A stretch of 62,548 nt of DNA, the filler included. It is 13 parts of 13 records of this genome, joined end to end, with 100 filler letters (N's around TTAATTAATTAA, not from the genome) between each part and the next. Parts side by side here need not be neighbours in the genome. Positions count along the whole stretch, not along the records: positions 22,874 to 26,057 come from SRR7504441_14846; positions 26,158 to 29,666 come from SRR7504441_14849; positions 29,767 to 37,673 come from SRR7504441_14851; 10 more parts are not named here. The stretch is one strand, 5' to 3'. The stretch's first letter is position 1, and every line of letters starts with the position of its first letter. Shown here piece by piece: positions 23,013-35,407 of this stretch. Below the pieces are notes generated by a model, which saw only the letters and a program-made list of their open reading frames with translations, had not been told where the DNA came from and did no database searches. The position numbers were made by a program, and so were the translations under genes.

Positions 23013-23954
23013 TCAATTTTGCTTGTTCACAAGGGCCAGCATCGTGTTCTTAGACTGCACGATTCTCGAGATCGCAAACATGAGCATTGCTAGCAACGGC
23101 GACCAAGTCAGCCACCTTCACCAAAGGCTCAGCACTTAATGCTCGTGGTGCTGGCCGCTCACCAGACTCTGCGTTGGCCGCCTGCACCACTTGCACCCTC
23201 GCGGATCCCCGTGACCGATATCACGTTCCAGGAAGCGAACAGCCCTCCTGCCCAGCCCAGTGTTGCCCGCACGGCACAGGCCATACCGTCCTTAACCATT
23301 AGTGTCAACACAAACCGCGACTCATCCATCACTGTCAAGTGCCACAAGTCGCCGCTGCCATTCCACGGGCCTTGCGCGGTGTCCGCGTCCATGTTAGACC
23401 TGCCCTCCAGCTCAGTCCCCCCCTTCCGACACTAGCACCTTGAGGTCAAGACAAACGGCACCGGAGACGACCAGGCCTGCCCGGGATCGAACAGCGCATC
23501 TGCCTGGGCCCCAGCCTGGCCATGGCGTGTCAGACCCCAACGCAGGCCCGCCCCCCCGCCTGGGCCCCGCTCAAAGCCTCGCCGTTGGCCGCGCGAAAGG
23601 TCAGCTCGCCCGATGAACCGCTCGAGCTGCCCCGTAGACTCTGCTAGCTGTGTGCGGGGGGGAGTTACATGCGGAGCAGCAGCTCGGGGCTGGATGGGTG
23701 CGGGTTGGTGGACGGCGTGTACTCGGCCACTACTGAGCTGCCCATCTGCCAGACGTCCAAGCTGCCCTGCTCCTCCCGGCCTGCGTCCAGGGTTACGCCC
23801 TCGCGCAGCAATCGAGAGCACCGCGGTCACCGGCCGAGCCAAGTGGGCTATCCACGCGCGAGACGTGCCATCGCCCGACCAGACTCGAGGCTGAGTGCCC
23901 GCAGGTCGGCGGGAGCCACGCCGCTACAAGCAAGACGAACAGCGACAGGCGCAT
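23013..23954 (-). CDS. Hypothetical single-pass secretory-pathway protein
   Basis: Signal peptide MRLSLFVLLVAAW; several ~40-nt introns (one GC-AG at 23516-23559); C-terminal hydrophobic WLTWSPLLAMLMFAISRIV. The last junction is uncertain. Confidence 0.6.
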
Positions 23955-24062
23955 TGGATTTGTGTTCTGCGGGTGTCCGTTATTTTTTTCTTTTGTGGAA
24001 GGTTTGCATGGTGCCTCATAGCTCCTTTCGTAGTTGTGCTGACGGTGGGTGGGTCGCAGGCC

Positions 24063-25247
24063 ATGGACCCGGCGACGCCATTGCCGGGCGACCGGTCGTC
24101 CACCGGGTGCGCGCTCTCCCTGCCTCGAGCTGCTGCTCCTCGCCCGTTCAGCTGCGATGGCACGCGGCTGACGCACTGTGTTCTGCGCAGTGACGGCGAC
24201 ACATGGAACAACATCATCTCGCCCAAGACAAGGGCCAACTGGATCTCGCCCCGGTCCAACGAGCGCCTCAAGAACGCCGTCGCCGCGTGAGCTTTTCCAC
24301 TGGCCCGCGCACACCCGGCCGGCAGATACAAGGAGAAGACTGACAAGTGCCATGCGCTGGCCGTAGAGCTGCGCGAGCGCGGGCTGTTCGCCGAGGCTGT
24401 GCGAGTGCTCCAGGTGCTCGCGTCGACTGCCAGGAGGCTGATTCGGCGCGGGGCAGCGGCTCTGGGAGCTGGACAAAGACCGACCGGACACCCTGGTCGA
24501 AATGGCCACGGCGCTGGCGGCGCAGGGTGAACCAGCTGGCGGGGTCGAGGGAGGAAGCGGGCGGGGCAGGGCTGCACGAGGAGGGCGCTGCCAGGATTGT
24601 CGAATACGCCGAAGTGCTGGCTACTCGCGGCCAGGCAATCTATCGATAGCGCCCGCCCGTTGAGAGGTGCGGTGCACAGATAGAAGACGCCCAAGACGCG
24701 TACGAGAGCGTGATGCGCAAGTCCTCCGAGGACGGAGTCGGCCGGTAGATTGGCTCTCGCACTGACCAGCCGCCAGGTGCTGAATGCGGACATGATGTCT
24801 TCGTATCTCCGGTTCTGCGACAAACATCAGGTCGGAACTCCTGGCAGCGGGATGCAGCTGCTGAGCGAAGTCTGCTCCGACGACGCGGTTGGTTCCTGCC
24901 GCTCGTTCAGTGGACTGACGGGTCAGGCAGGCTCTGGCGGCGCTAGCTCGCGCCACGCAGGTGGAGGGAATGCACACCACTGCCATCTCCCTGCACCAGG
25001 TGCACACACGGACGATTTGGCGGCCAGCCGGTGGCAGGAATTGCTTCTGCGCTGTGTGTGCGAAGACTCGGACAAGCGGATCAAAGGGAAGGAGCATCTG
25101 GTGCATCGAGCCGGCAGGCGCCTGGGCGAGCCTGGGCGGCAGATGGCACTGACAGAGATGTACGAGGCTAAATATAGGAAAGAGATGGACAGCGTGCGCG
25201 GGGAGCTGGCCGAGCTTAAGGAGCGTGTGGCCCGGATCAGTGCTTAA
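24063..25247 (+). CDS. Hypothetical protein with C-terminal coiled coil
   Basis: Coding-like exons separated by short GT-AG introns; ends MALTEMYEAKYRKEMDSVRGELAELKER. No family recognised; 3' end uncertain. Confidence 0.5.
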
Positions 25248-25620
25248 GTGCGGTTGAGCCGCCAGTCGTTTCTCTGATTGCAGATCGAAGCACTAAGAGA
25301 GGTCAAAGTGCCAAAGAGATCCGATGATTAATTAATATTCTCAGCTACACATACGTGACAGGATTGCGATCACGTGTTGACATTCGAACCAGCGAATCAC
25401 GTGATCGTGATTTCAATTACCGAACATTAAACTTGGAGTAGAGCGTTTAAATTGCACACAATCATACCATTCATTTGTGAAATCATGTACCCAGCCCCGA
25501 GAGATTATTATAATCAGTTACTATAGTCTAACATCAGGTGATCACGTGCACGGCAAGTGTAAACTGTCTCACTCGTACCGCACAGATCTATCACTGTTTC
25601 AAGAGTATTCAATCACGTAC

Positions 25621-26057
25621 TTAAATCGAGACCGCGCTCCATGTCGACAGCAGCCCCCTTCTGCGGAACATGCTTTGGCGAGCCCGGCTGCCACGGCATG
25701 TGGTTCCCGGCCTCGCCACACAGCTTGATCGTCCGAGTACTCTCCCCTTCACCCTCATCAGGGAACTTCACCTGCTCCTCCTGTCAGCACCAAATCCGGC
25801 CTGCGTGCACCTTGAACCAGCCGGGCCACTTAGTCGCGCTGATCACTTGGACGTCCCACATGCTGCCCCACTCGATTTTGATCCACTCCCCCACCTGCGG
25901 CTCCCGGACGACACTTGAGCTCGGCCCTCCGGCGATCCCTGGTTCTGACCGGGCCACCGGCGCTCCCTCCGCCTCCTTGGTGCTGTCCGACTTGGACGCG
26001 GCATCTGCCGGCAGCAGCGCCAGCATATCCTGCTGCTCGCCGTCCGGGCCGCTCGAC
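25621..26057 (-). CDS. Hypothetical protein, C-terminal fragment
   Basis: PQVGEWIKIEWGSMWDVQVISATKWPGWFKVHA... (SH3/Tudor-like pattern, weak); truncated by the linker. Confidence 0.45.
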
Positions 26058-26157
26058 NNNNNNNNNNNNNNNNNNNNNNNNNNNNNNNNNNNNNNNNNNN
26101 NTTAATTAATTAANNNNNNNNNNNNNNNNNNNNNNNNNNNNNNNNNNNNNNNNNNNN

Positions 26158-26918
26158 CGCCGTGTGAGCCGGCGGGCTCCATCACATACTGCAGCTGGAT
26201 CTGACGCATCAGCTTGAGATACCTGCCCCGGCTGGGCTTGCGGCCGGTCCAGCTCGCACTCGACGAAGATGTGCAGCCCGACAGCAGGTAGATCTGCCTC
26301 GACCAGCACTTCCAGCTTGTACAGGCACACTGGCCCGGCTCAGCCTGGGCACGCTGCCCGGCGCACAGAGGAATGCGACGAAACAGGCCTCGTGCCCCGT
26401 GCCATAGTCGATCCGCGTCGCATTGCCGAAAGCGTCCGCCAAATATGGGGCCTGCCCTCGGATTGCCCGGCAGCCCCGCCTGGACTGACCAGCTCGACTG
26501 CGGCCGGTCGGACCGGCTCGGGGAGCACGCCCTCCAGCAGCGCGGCCGCGTCCTGCCCGCGGTGGGCAGCAGCGGCAGGGCGGGCGTACCGTCTGCAGCT
26601 TGGCGTGCCAGGAGACGAAAGCTTTATTCCCGAAGCGCATTGACTGCTGCAGCGGCGGGAAGAGCGGCAGCCACTCACCTGCACCAGCCCTCGCCCAGGC
26701 GGCCCCGGCTGGGCGCCCATGGTTTGAAGCATGCGCACGACGGCGGCGGTGGACTCGGACTTGGGGAATGGATCAGAGATCCGTTTAGACTCGACGGCGC
26801 CGCTGATGTCCAGGATGAACTGGCACAGCTCGGCGTGGGTCGGGCTGCTCTGCCAGTTGGCCATGTCCTCCGGGCTCCGGATGCATTTGGTGGGCACCCG
26901 GAAAGCGTTTTCCGCCAT
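26158..26918 (-). CDS. PTPA: Serine/threonine phosphatase 2A activator (3' truncated)
   Basis: Spliced: LQTMGEWLPLFPPLQQSMRFGNKAFVSWH...AFGNATRIDYGTGHE...YLKLMRQIQLQYVMEPAGSHG. Confidence 0.95.
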
Positions 26919-27003
26919 AAGAATTGATCGGGAGCGCAAGCCCGAGCTCGGATCATAACGGACATTGGCACTGTGCCTTCCACGCCGGCAAATCGTGCAC
27001 TCA

Positions 27004-29407
27004 ATGCTTGGTGCACTGCTGATTGCGCTGCTCCCGGCGAGCGGCTGGGCCGGATCGCTCGGAGTGACCATGGACCCCGCCGGAGGCTTCTCAGTCACGG
27101 TCGACGGCGCCGTCTGGCTGGGCGGCAACAGCACCGGCGTTAGCCTCACTGCGAACGGGGCCCGGGCCAGCCCCGGCAGCGGGCTCCGGATGACGAGCCA
27201 GCCACGCACCGACGCCGGGGCCGACCGGCTCGGCAAGTTCACTCGCCAGACGGCCCGTTGGGCCGCTGGAGGTGTGCTCTTCGCGACGAGCGTGAGGGTG
27301 TACGCCGACGGCCAGACGGCGGTGTTTGAGCAAACCTTTAGCAACGGCGCGAATGGGACAGCGGCGGCTGATAGCGAGGTCTCATCCTGCTGGCCCGGTT
27401 TCGATCTGGACTCGGCCGATGGAAAGGGCTTCCTGTCCTTCCAAGGCCGGTTCCTGGAGGGTTCCAAGGGCGGGCTCTGGCAGGCCGACAGCAGGGCCGG
27501 GCCTGGAGTGGGGCTCGGGGACGCGGGCGGCCCGTTTGTGCTTTTCGACCGGTCGCTGCGGGATGGGTTGGTGGTCTCACCTGCGTCGCAGTTCATGACT
27601 AGCACCCTAGGGATGGTCGGCGGTCGGCTGTGCATCGGATTGGACGCGAAGGTCGCGTCGGTGCCACGAAACTACTCGATTGCGACGATGGTCCATCTGG
27701 GCACCGGTGTTAACTGGGCCATGAAGAGCTTTGGCAGTGAACTGCTCCGGCTGCACGGGACTGAGCGGATCAGGGACTTCACACGCGAATGGCTGGGATA
27801 CTCGACAGATAACGGAGCGTTCTACTATTACAACACCGAGCCTGGCAAGTCGTACCAATCCACTCTGCTCGACGTGCACAGCTACGCCGCTGCCCAGAAC
27901 ATCCCGTACAAGTACGCGCTGCTGGACTCGTGGTGGTATACCAAGGGCGCCGGGGGAGGCGTGGCCAACTGGACAGAGACTCCCAAGACCTTCCCAGACG
28001 GGCTGCCATGGTTCAAGGAGCAGACTGGCTGGCAGTTCCAAATGCACAACAGGCATTGGTCGGACAACAACATATACGCCAAGCAAAACGGGGGCACGTA
28101 TGATTTCATTCTCGAGTCACCGCTCGCGATCCCTACATCGCAGCAATTCTGGGATGACTTGATCAAAAACAAGACTCGGAGCGGGATATCCGTCTATGAG
28201 CAGGACTGTAAGCGCCTGCTGCTCGGCCTAAATGACTGGTGGTTGTCAGGGATGTATAACGAATGGCAAGGCCTCAACGCGACAAGGACGTCAGCCAGTC
28301 TTTCGCGTGACTGGCTCATCCAGATGGGGGCTGCCGCTGCCAAATCGAACGTCACTGTACAGTACTGCATGACTTTTGCGCGCATGGTGCTGCAGAGCGC
28401 CGAAATACCTGCCGTGACGACGTTCCGGTGTTGTCGGTTAGAATGCAGTTTGGACTCAGTGTTCGGGCAGGGCCTCCGACGACTATCACCCGGGCCAGAC
28501 GGGCTACTTCCCGACCAAGAAAGACCCTTCTGGGGCGTCTGGGTGCAGGTTCCCATACTGCGTGTACTATATAGGTACCACCAGCATCATAGCCCACGCT
28601 TTGCAGCTGGGACCCTCAAAGGACAACTATTGGACGACTGCGGCGCAGCCAGGCAATCCGTACAGCCGCGGGACCGTTGACGACACGCGCGAGCCGTACA
28701 GTGAGATGCAAGGGGCCATCCTGGCATTCAGCACAGCCCAGGTCGCCCCGTCCGACAGCGTTGGCAAGAGCAACGCTTCGTTGATCATGATGGCCTGCAC
28801 CAGCCATGGGCGCTTGCTCCAGCCCAGCGCTCCTGCCCGAGCTATTGACGCCTCCTTTGGCATGCAAGCTTTTGGGCATGACGGGCCTGTGCCTCTGACG
28901 GCTTCCAATCACGCAGTCATGGCGACGCACACAGTGATAGGTAACTACACATGGAGCTATGTGCTCGCAATAGGCCTGGCCCAACCTTTTGAAGTGCTTC
29001 CTGAGCACTTGTCCCACGACGTTGATCAGGTAGCTGAGTTGGTCAGTTGGACTGGATACGGTGCCAGAAATATCACCAGCCTCCAGTCCTTCTCGCCTTC
29101 CAACGGTATCAAGCTCAGTAAGTGCGGGTACTCAGATTTTTTGCTCTGGCGGATTGCACCCGTCTTCCCCAACGGCGTTGCCTTCCTCGGAGAAACTGCC
29201 AAGTGGGTACCCGTCGCTACGGCCCGTGTACTTTCTATCCAATCGAATGATGCAACCGTGCGTGTCATGGTGGCGGGCGAGGCTCTCGAGCAGATTGAGC
29301 TGGCCTTCAGCGTACACCAAAGGGTGGTCTATGTCACATGCAATATCTCCATTATTGGCACCGCTACAGCCGTGTTGAATTCTCAAACAGGTACAGGCTC
29401 CTGCTGA
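27004..29407 (+). CDS. Secreted uncharacterised glycoside-hydrolase-like (TIM-barrel type) protein
   Basis: Signal peptide; YSTDNGAFYYY, LLDSWWY, HNRHW, YEQDW and QYCM...RASDDY (after two introns). Motif layout resembles GH27/36/31-clan barrels; substrate unknown. Confidence 0.7.
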
Positions 29408-29766
29408 TATACTACTGATATACGTCGAGTTGACTCAGCTGAAGTATAAGTACATTTATTAGAAAGTCGGATTGACTCAGCTGACGTACATAATAATTAT
29501 TATATGTACAGTAATTCATTACATGTATTGTACGTTTGCTGTCGGCAGTGCTCTGCTACCGGTAGCGCTGGTCGCAACCGGCCGGACCAAGAGCACTCCG
29601 ACGGCCGCCCCGAGCTCGTTTAATCAGATAGCACTTTATTAGACCCACTCAAAGGATGTGTTCAACNNNNNNNNNNNNNNNNNNNNNNNNNNNNNNNNNN
29701 NNNNNNNNNNTTAATTAATTAANNNNNNNNNNNNNNNNNNNNNNNNNNNNNNNNNNNNNNNNNNNN

Positions 29767-30701
29767 TCACGCCATCTCTCAAACGCCAGGCCCAACTGCC
29801 CTTTTACGAATCTCATTATTCCCCGCCGTGTGCGCCTTCGCAAGCAGCCAGCGAAGCAAGCAGCATTGCGCCAGCTCCCAAATGCTGCAGCCTGCTGCCC
29901 AGATATAAACCTTGCCGACCCCCGCTGCAGCAACTTTTCCAACCGCCTTCCAACAGCAGCGGCCAAGCACCAGCTCTCAAATGCCGCCGCCAGTTCCCTT
30001 TGCACTAGTCGCATTAAAGCGTGTTGCATTAGCTCACCAGCCTGCTTGAAAGCAGAAGCTGTCTCGCGCCAGCTCCCAACTGCAGCTGCCAGTTGCCTTT
30101 GCACAAGCCTCACCACCACTTGTCTCAGCAGCATCTCAAGCTCTAATGCATCAGCCGCAGCTTTGCGCCACGTCCTTAATGCTGCAGACCCCGGTCTTAG
30201 TAAACTGCTGATAAGCATGTTCTGGTCAGGGGCTGCCTTTGGTGTTGGGTCAGGGGTACGACAGCATGCTTGCAAACTCCGGAACGCCCCTTTCAGCTGC
30301 AACTTTTTAATCCGCATTGCAGCGGAAAACCCCCTGTGCACCCTCGCTTGAGCGTCATTTCGGTTCATTGTATTGTTCCTCCGATGCAAGCTTCCAGTGA
30401 GTTGCAGTCGCAATGACGATCGCATTGCCTTAAAGTGCCATCGGAAGATGAACAAGGCTGCGAATCTAGCATCAGTTGTCCAAATCTTGGTTGGCGTGAG
30501 TCTCCGGCTACCCTGGGCTCTGAACGACCAGACCTTTATGACCTCCCGCAAAAGCACAGCAGCACGTTGGTGAACAACAAACCTACAGAGGGACAGCTCG
30601 CACAACGCTAGCATGCTTGCACTCACGAGGTTAGCGCCGCCATCTTTAGACACGACACATGCTTGTCCGCGGAGATTAGCCTTGACACAGTCTCCTGTCA
30701 A
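29767..30701 (-). CDS. Sfi1-like (centrin-binding) repeat protein, partial; upstream exons probably extend to ~31140
   Basis: Repeats LAAAVGSWR, LAAAFESWC, AAAFGSWR and LAFERWR at ~33-aa spacing. Confidence 0.7.
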
Positions 30702-31783
30702 AACTCAGCACTGTTGAATGAATGCGCTACGCGCACCGTCTGTTTGAGCGACACGCGGGGCGATGGGACCGCCTGACACTGCCGGAGAGCCCCGATCCAC
30801 TGCACAGGTCACAGTTTACACCGCAGCCGTCGCAATTTGGCCATTAGCTAGGGGGCAAGGCTACCTCTGACAGCTGAAGGGCCTCCCAGCCGGCCCCTGC
30901 CCCCTGCCGCCGGTTGAGAAGCTTCCAGTGACCGGAGGCACCGTGTGCAGTCGGTGCCGCGCCAGCGCCTGCAGTGGATCGAGCTGCTGGGTAGCACTAA
31001 GGGCGCTTGGCGGTACGGGTGGGCTGCTGGGGGGTTGCGCTGCGGCAGTGTGCGGAGCTTCATCTACCGAAGAGTGTGACGGGACCTTTCGCCTGGTCGT
31101 TGCAGCCCCCAGCGCAGCAGCGGGCTGCTCGTCCACAGTCATCGCCTCCCCAGCCCGTGGGGCTCAGGCCGCTGTCCCACCAGCGCCGTGTTGCTATTCG
31201 CGTGTCACCATGACAACTCTCTGGCGTTGTGGGATGGGACCCCGACTTTTTCGTGATCAGTAGGTATCCCCCTAGAACGTACGTACGTACTCAACATTCA
31301 AGTGTACAGTACCTAGAATGTACACGAAATGTAAAGCACCATTTTTACGAGTCGCCTCCGGTTATTGTCAGCATGCATGTGGTGAGATGAACACGTGCCC
31401 TTGTAGTGCCCTTGGAATGTTATGTTTAAGCTTGATGAGTTCTCGCCGCGTTTACCGGCGGCGGCGGCACTAGCTCAACCGTCCTCTGCAGAGAGCAATG
31501 GAGCTCGAACAGACACTGGCACGTTCAGCAGCGAGCGCTGAAACTCAAATGTGTCTCCGCGCTCGACACGTCTCCCCAGGTGTTGCTTGAGGCCAACAAT
31601 GGCTACGATCTGCTCTCCAAAGGCCGATTCCTGAGCGCTGGGCCAGCCGGTGCCAGGCAGCCCCAGCGCGTCTGCAAGCCCCCCCCCCCCGCCGGCGCGT
31701 TCCGGTCGGCTCGCCGCGGGGGCAGCCGCAGCTCCGGCCGGCTGGGGCTGCCCACGGCCGGACATCGGCACGTGCCAGGACCG

Positions 31784-32083
31784 TCACTTGTGGGGACCCG
31801 GCTGCGACGGGAGGCCGCCAGCGCCGGCCCACGGGTCGGCCAGCGGCCTCCAGCCCGAGGCGCGCACCGCGGCCAGCAGGCAGCAGGCGCCGGTGACGGC
31901 CCCGAAGAAGATCCGGTTGGTCCGGTCGCCCTTGGGGGCCTGGCGGCGGAGGTGCTCGGTGTAGCCGGCCACGGTCAGGAAGGCCCCGGTTCCGATCACA
32001 CGACACCTGCCCGGGCCGTCGGGCGCCGCCCTGGGGCCGGGCTACTCGATGCAGTCCTCGCCCCACGGGCTCTCGCCGGGCAT
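31784..32083 (-). CDS. DMAC1/TMEM261 (DUF4536)-like small membrane protein
   Basis: Removing intron 32007-32045 gives MPGESPWGEDCIECRVIGTGAFLTVAGY...IFFGAVTGACCLLAAVR (DCxxCR plus two TM segments). Confidence 0.7.
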
Positions 32084-32165
32084 CTTCCAGGCTCCAACGG
32101 ATCAACCTCAGTTTAGAAATGGACCAAATGGTGGGATCCCGGACAAAGCAGCTCACTGAGCGCCG

Positions 32166-33025
32166 ATGACTGCCGCGATGGACGAGGAGCCGCTGCGGAA
32201 CAGCACCGACCCCGGCGCGGCCAAGATCCCGCCCCGGAAGGTGGTCCGGATCAAGGTGATCTGCCCGGCCGCCGCCCGCCAGCAGCTGCAGGTGATCTCG
32301 ATGGGCGATCCGGCGGTGGGCAAGAGCTGCCTGATCAAGCGATACTGCGAGGAGCAGGCGACTGCCGGGCGGGCCGGGCCGCGAGCCGCTGGCAGTTTGT
32401 CACCCGGTACATTTCGACCATCGGAGTTGACTACGGCGTCAAGGGACTCGAGATTGACGGGTGGCCCCCGCAGCGTACAGGGGCGGCAACCGGGGCAGTG
32501 TGGAGACCAAAGTCAATTTTTGGGACCTGGCCGGACCGTCCGAGTATTTCGAGGTCAGGAACGAGTTCTATAAAGACGCGCAGGGGGTGCGGCTGGGCTT
32601 TGGCGGGCAGGGCGAGGGCCGGATCCAGGCGATGCTCGTGTACGACGCCTCATCGCGGGCCTCGTTCGATGCGCTGGAGGGCTGGGTGAAGGAGATGAAC
32701 AAGTTCAGCGGCAAGAAGCGGATGGTTGTGGCTGTCTGCGCCAACAAGGTGCTCGCCCGGGTGGCTCGGGTGAGCCGGGGTTCAGTCCGATCTTGCCAAA
32801 CAGGCCGTCCCGCTCAAGGAAGGCAGCGAATGGGCCTCCAAGCGCGGCTACATGTTCCGAGCGGCTGATCAGCGGGTTGAGCCCCGGGTGGCAGGTTTTT
32901 CCAGACTTCTGCTCAATCGGGAAGCAATGTGTCTGACATGTTCCTCGCGCTGTTCAGCAAGGTGCCCGATCCCCGGCGGCACGGCCGAGCGTTACGGTAC
33001 AGGTAGTCAAAACGGCCAATGCCTA
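32166..33025 (+). CDS. RJL: RJL-family Rab-like small GTPase
   Basis: Seven introns spliced give RIKVISMGDPAVGKSCLIKRYCEEQFVTRYISTIGVDYGVK...VNFWDLAGPSEYFEVRNEFYKDAQG...CANKSD...FQTSA. Confidence 0.9.
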
Positions 33026-33190
33026 GCTGCCTCGCGGTTCATACCAGACTATATAGCTCATTAGGAACTACCCGGCGAGAACAACGTGGCAACCATTCAT
33101 CGCGATAATTTTGTTGATTGATAAGTGGTCGCCGTGTCACAACGAAAAAAGGTCATTAAGAGCATTGAATTTACGGATAAAGCTTTTCAT

Positions 33191-33910
33191 TTAGTCGTCC
33201 ATGAGCACCGACGGCGACACACATACCGGCGGGACGCTGAGTAGCTTGGTCTCCACGATCCTAAGCGCCGCCGGGAACTCAGCGTGCGTGCTAGCCCAAT
33301 ACTCCGCCATTTGGCTGTACACAGCTGCCAGCTCCAGCCGGGCTGATTTGGTCTGGTCCCTGGCGCGGTACAGGGCCGAGGGGGTCAGCTCGCCCCACTC
33401 ACTGTACTTGACGCGGACCGCCCCAACTGCCACCCCCGGCCACAAGAGAGGCTCCTCCGGCAGGCCGGCAGCACGCAGCCGCCGGCACCGGGCGGCCAGT
33501 GCGTGCATTGCCAGCAGCCGCTCGGCCGGCCCGGCCCGCCCGAATCGCTCGGCAGCCTCTGGAGATAGCCACTCGAGCCAACGCTCAAAGCCGGCCCTGT
33601 AGGCCTGGTAGTACACCGGGGCCCCGGGCTCGCGGAGCGGCAGGGACAGCGCGAGCCGGCGGGCGGCCTCGAGCTCGAGCAGGCTCGCGGGCGGGGAGGC
33701 CGGCGGCAGGAGCAGCTCCGAGAGCGGGCGGCGTCGGGCGGCCCATCCGGCGAGCAGGTCCTTGTTGGTGTGCTTCAGCTCGGCCTGGAGCGCGCGGCAG
33801 CTGGCGGCGGCGTTGAGCAGTGCCGGGAGTGTGTCGACCGCCGCGAACAGCCGCCGCAGGATCAGCGAGTCAAACTCAAGGACATGGCTCCGCTGCCTCA
33901 TGATCTCCAT
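33191..33910 (-). CDS. Hypothetical protein with possible N-terminal F-box-like motif
   Basis: Intronless ORF; LILRRLFAAVDTLPALLNAAASCRAL. Confidence 0.55.
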   Translation of the reverse strand: MEIMRQRSHVLEFDSLILRRLFAAVDTLPALLNAAASCRALQAELKHTNKDLLAGWAARRRPLSELLLPPASPPASLLELEAARRLALSLPLREPGAPVYYQAYRAGFERWLEWLSPEAAERFGRAGPAERLLAMHALAARCRRLRAAGLPEEPLLWPGVAVGAVRVKYSEWGELTPSALYRARDQTKSARLELAAVYSQMAEYWASTHAEFPAALRIVETKLLSVPPVCVSPSVLMDD

Positions 33911-33948
33911 ATATTTTAACGGAACCTGGCCCCGCTTGCTCGGCACCC
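33911..33948. promoter_or_regulatory. 38-bp bidirectional promoter gap with Myb-type TAACGG
   Basis: Divergent ATGs at 33910(-) and 33949(+); TAACGGAA at 33917-33924. Confidence 0.6.
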
Positions 33949-35173
33949 ATGTCTGACCCGTGGTTTGAGCAGCTGTTCGGGTTCCGGGAGGCGAGGGGCT
34001 CGGCCGAGGCCTGGGCGGCCACCAAGGCCCAGCTGGAGCTCTCGGCCGACCGGAGCGAGCTGTCGGCCAACGGTCGGAGCTACAAGGTCGGCCGGTTCAG
34101 CTGCCCCTCGCTGGCAGAGCTGCGCGAGCAGGCCGCCGCGGCGCTTGGGGCTGACCTAGCCGCGGCGGCCGCGGTGGCGGGGCCGTTAAAGCTGGACCAC
34201 GCGCTGGGGGACATAAGCGTGCTGATGGGGAACCATCCGAACGCGGTGGTGCAGGCGGCCTCACAGTTTAATTGCCTGGAGTTCGTGAGCATGCACGTCA
34301 CGCCCGAGGAGGGCGTCACGCTGTACACCTCGGACAAGACCCAGGGCCCGGCCTGCTCGGTGGCCTGCGGGCCGGCTACTGTGTACCGGAACTACTTGGC
34401 CCCGGTCCCGATCAGGGACGATCAGCTGCGGCCGGTGGGCGAGGAGCACGAGGGCCAGACCGCAGAGCACCAACTCGATAACCTGGCCGACGTGTGCAGG
34501 CTGGTCGGCAACCTGCCGCGCGGCCGGTTCTACCGCGTACAGGGAGGCTACACGCTAGCCTCCGACGAAGGGCTCCGGGGACTGTCGCAGGCGCTCAAAG
34601 ATCTGGATAGGGAGGCAGTCAAGGCGGCGCTCAGAGTGGGTGTTCACTCGGATGTGCAGCTGACGTCGACCCACTGGGGCAGGCGCCTTGTCGGGCCGGG
34701 CCTGGGGCTCAGAGTATGCAGGAACTGGATCGAGCATGGGCACACGCTCACACAGGTGTTTTCGTCGGCTGTTTCAATCACGTACAGCCGGAACCATGCG
34801 GCGCTCTGGGAGCCATTCGGGACGCTGGTGCTCGAGGCCACCTACGAGGCCACGCTGTGGGCTGCGGTGCTGCACGCTCTCGCGCATCGGGATGACCCTG
34901 GAGCTCGGGTGGCGGGCAGCTGGTTGGGGCTCATGGAGGGTAGGTTGTGTTCCTGACCGCTGTGGGCGGAGGCGTGTTTGGCAACCCTCTCTCCTGGATC
35001 GCGCAGGCTATTCGGATGGCGTGCGAGCGGGTGGCCCAGGCTGGAGTTGCGCTGGACATCCGTGTGGTGTGTGAGCGGCTGGCGCAGTGCAGCTGACTCG
35101 GAGCTGGCAGGTGAGCTATGGGCTGCCGGTGGAGCCGGCGTTGAGAGGACTTGTGGAGCAATTCAATAGCTGA
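33949..35173 (+). CDS. Macrodomain/PARG-like uncharacterised protein
   Basis: WFEQLFGF, QAASQFNCLEF, YTSDKTQGPACS, LEATYEATL and spliced VFLTAVGGGVFGN (macro-fold phosphate-binding loop pattern). Confidence 0.7.
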
Positions 35174-35407
35174 GTTCTAACGCATCGGAGCCCCTAGATA
35201 CTAAAGTACGGACAATGGCACAATTAGGCACAATGCATACTGTATGTCACGAATTCGTGTCTTAAAACTTTGTTCACATGTACAATGATAACAATGCTAT
35301 GTAGATCTATAATGTAGATCTACCATAGCGATAGATCTACTAGTTTAAATCATTCTAGGCCGGCCCGCCGTGATGATGCACCGGCCCGTTAGAATCCGGG
35401 CGAGCGA

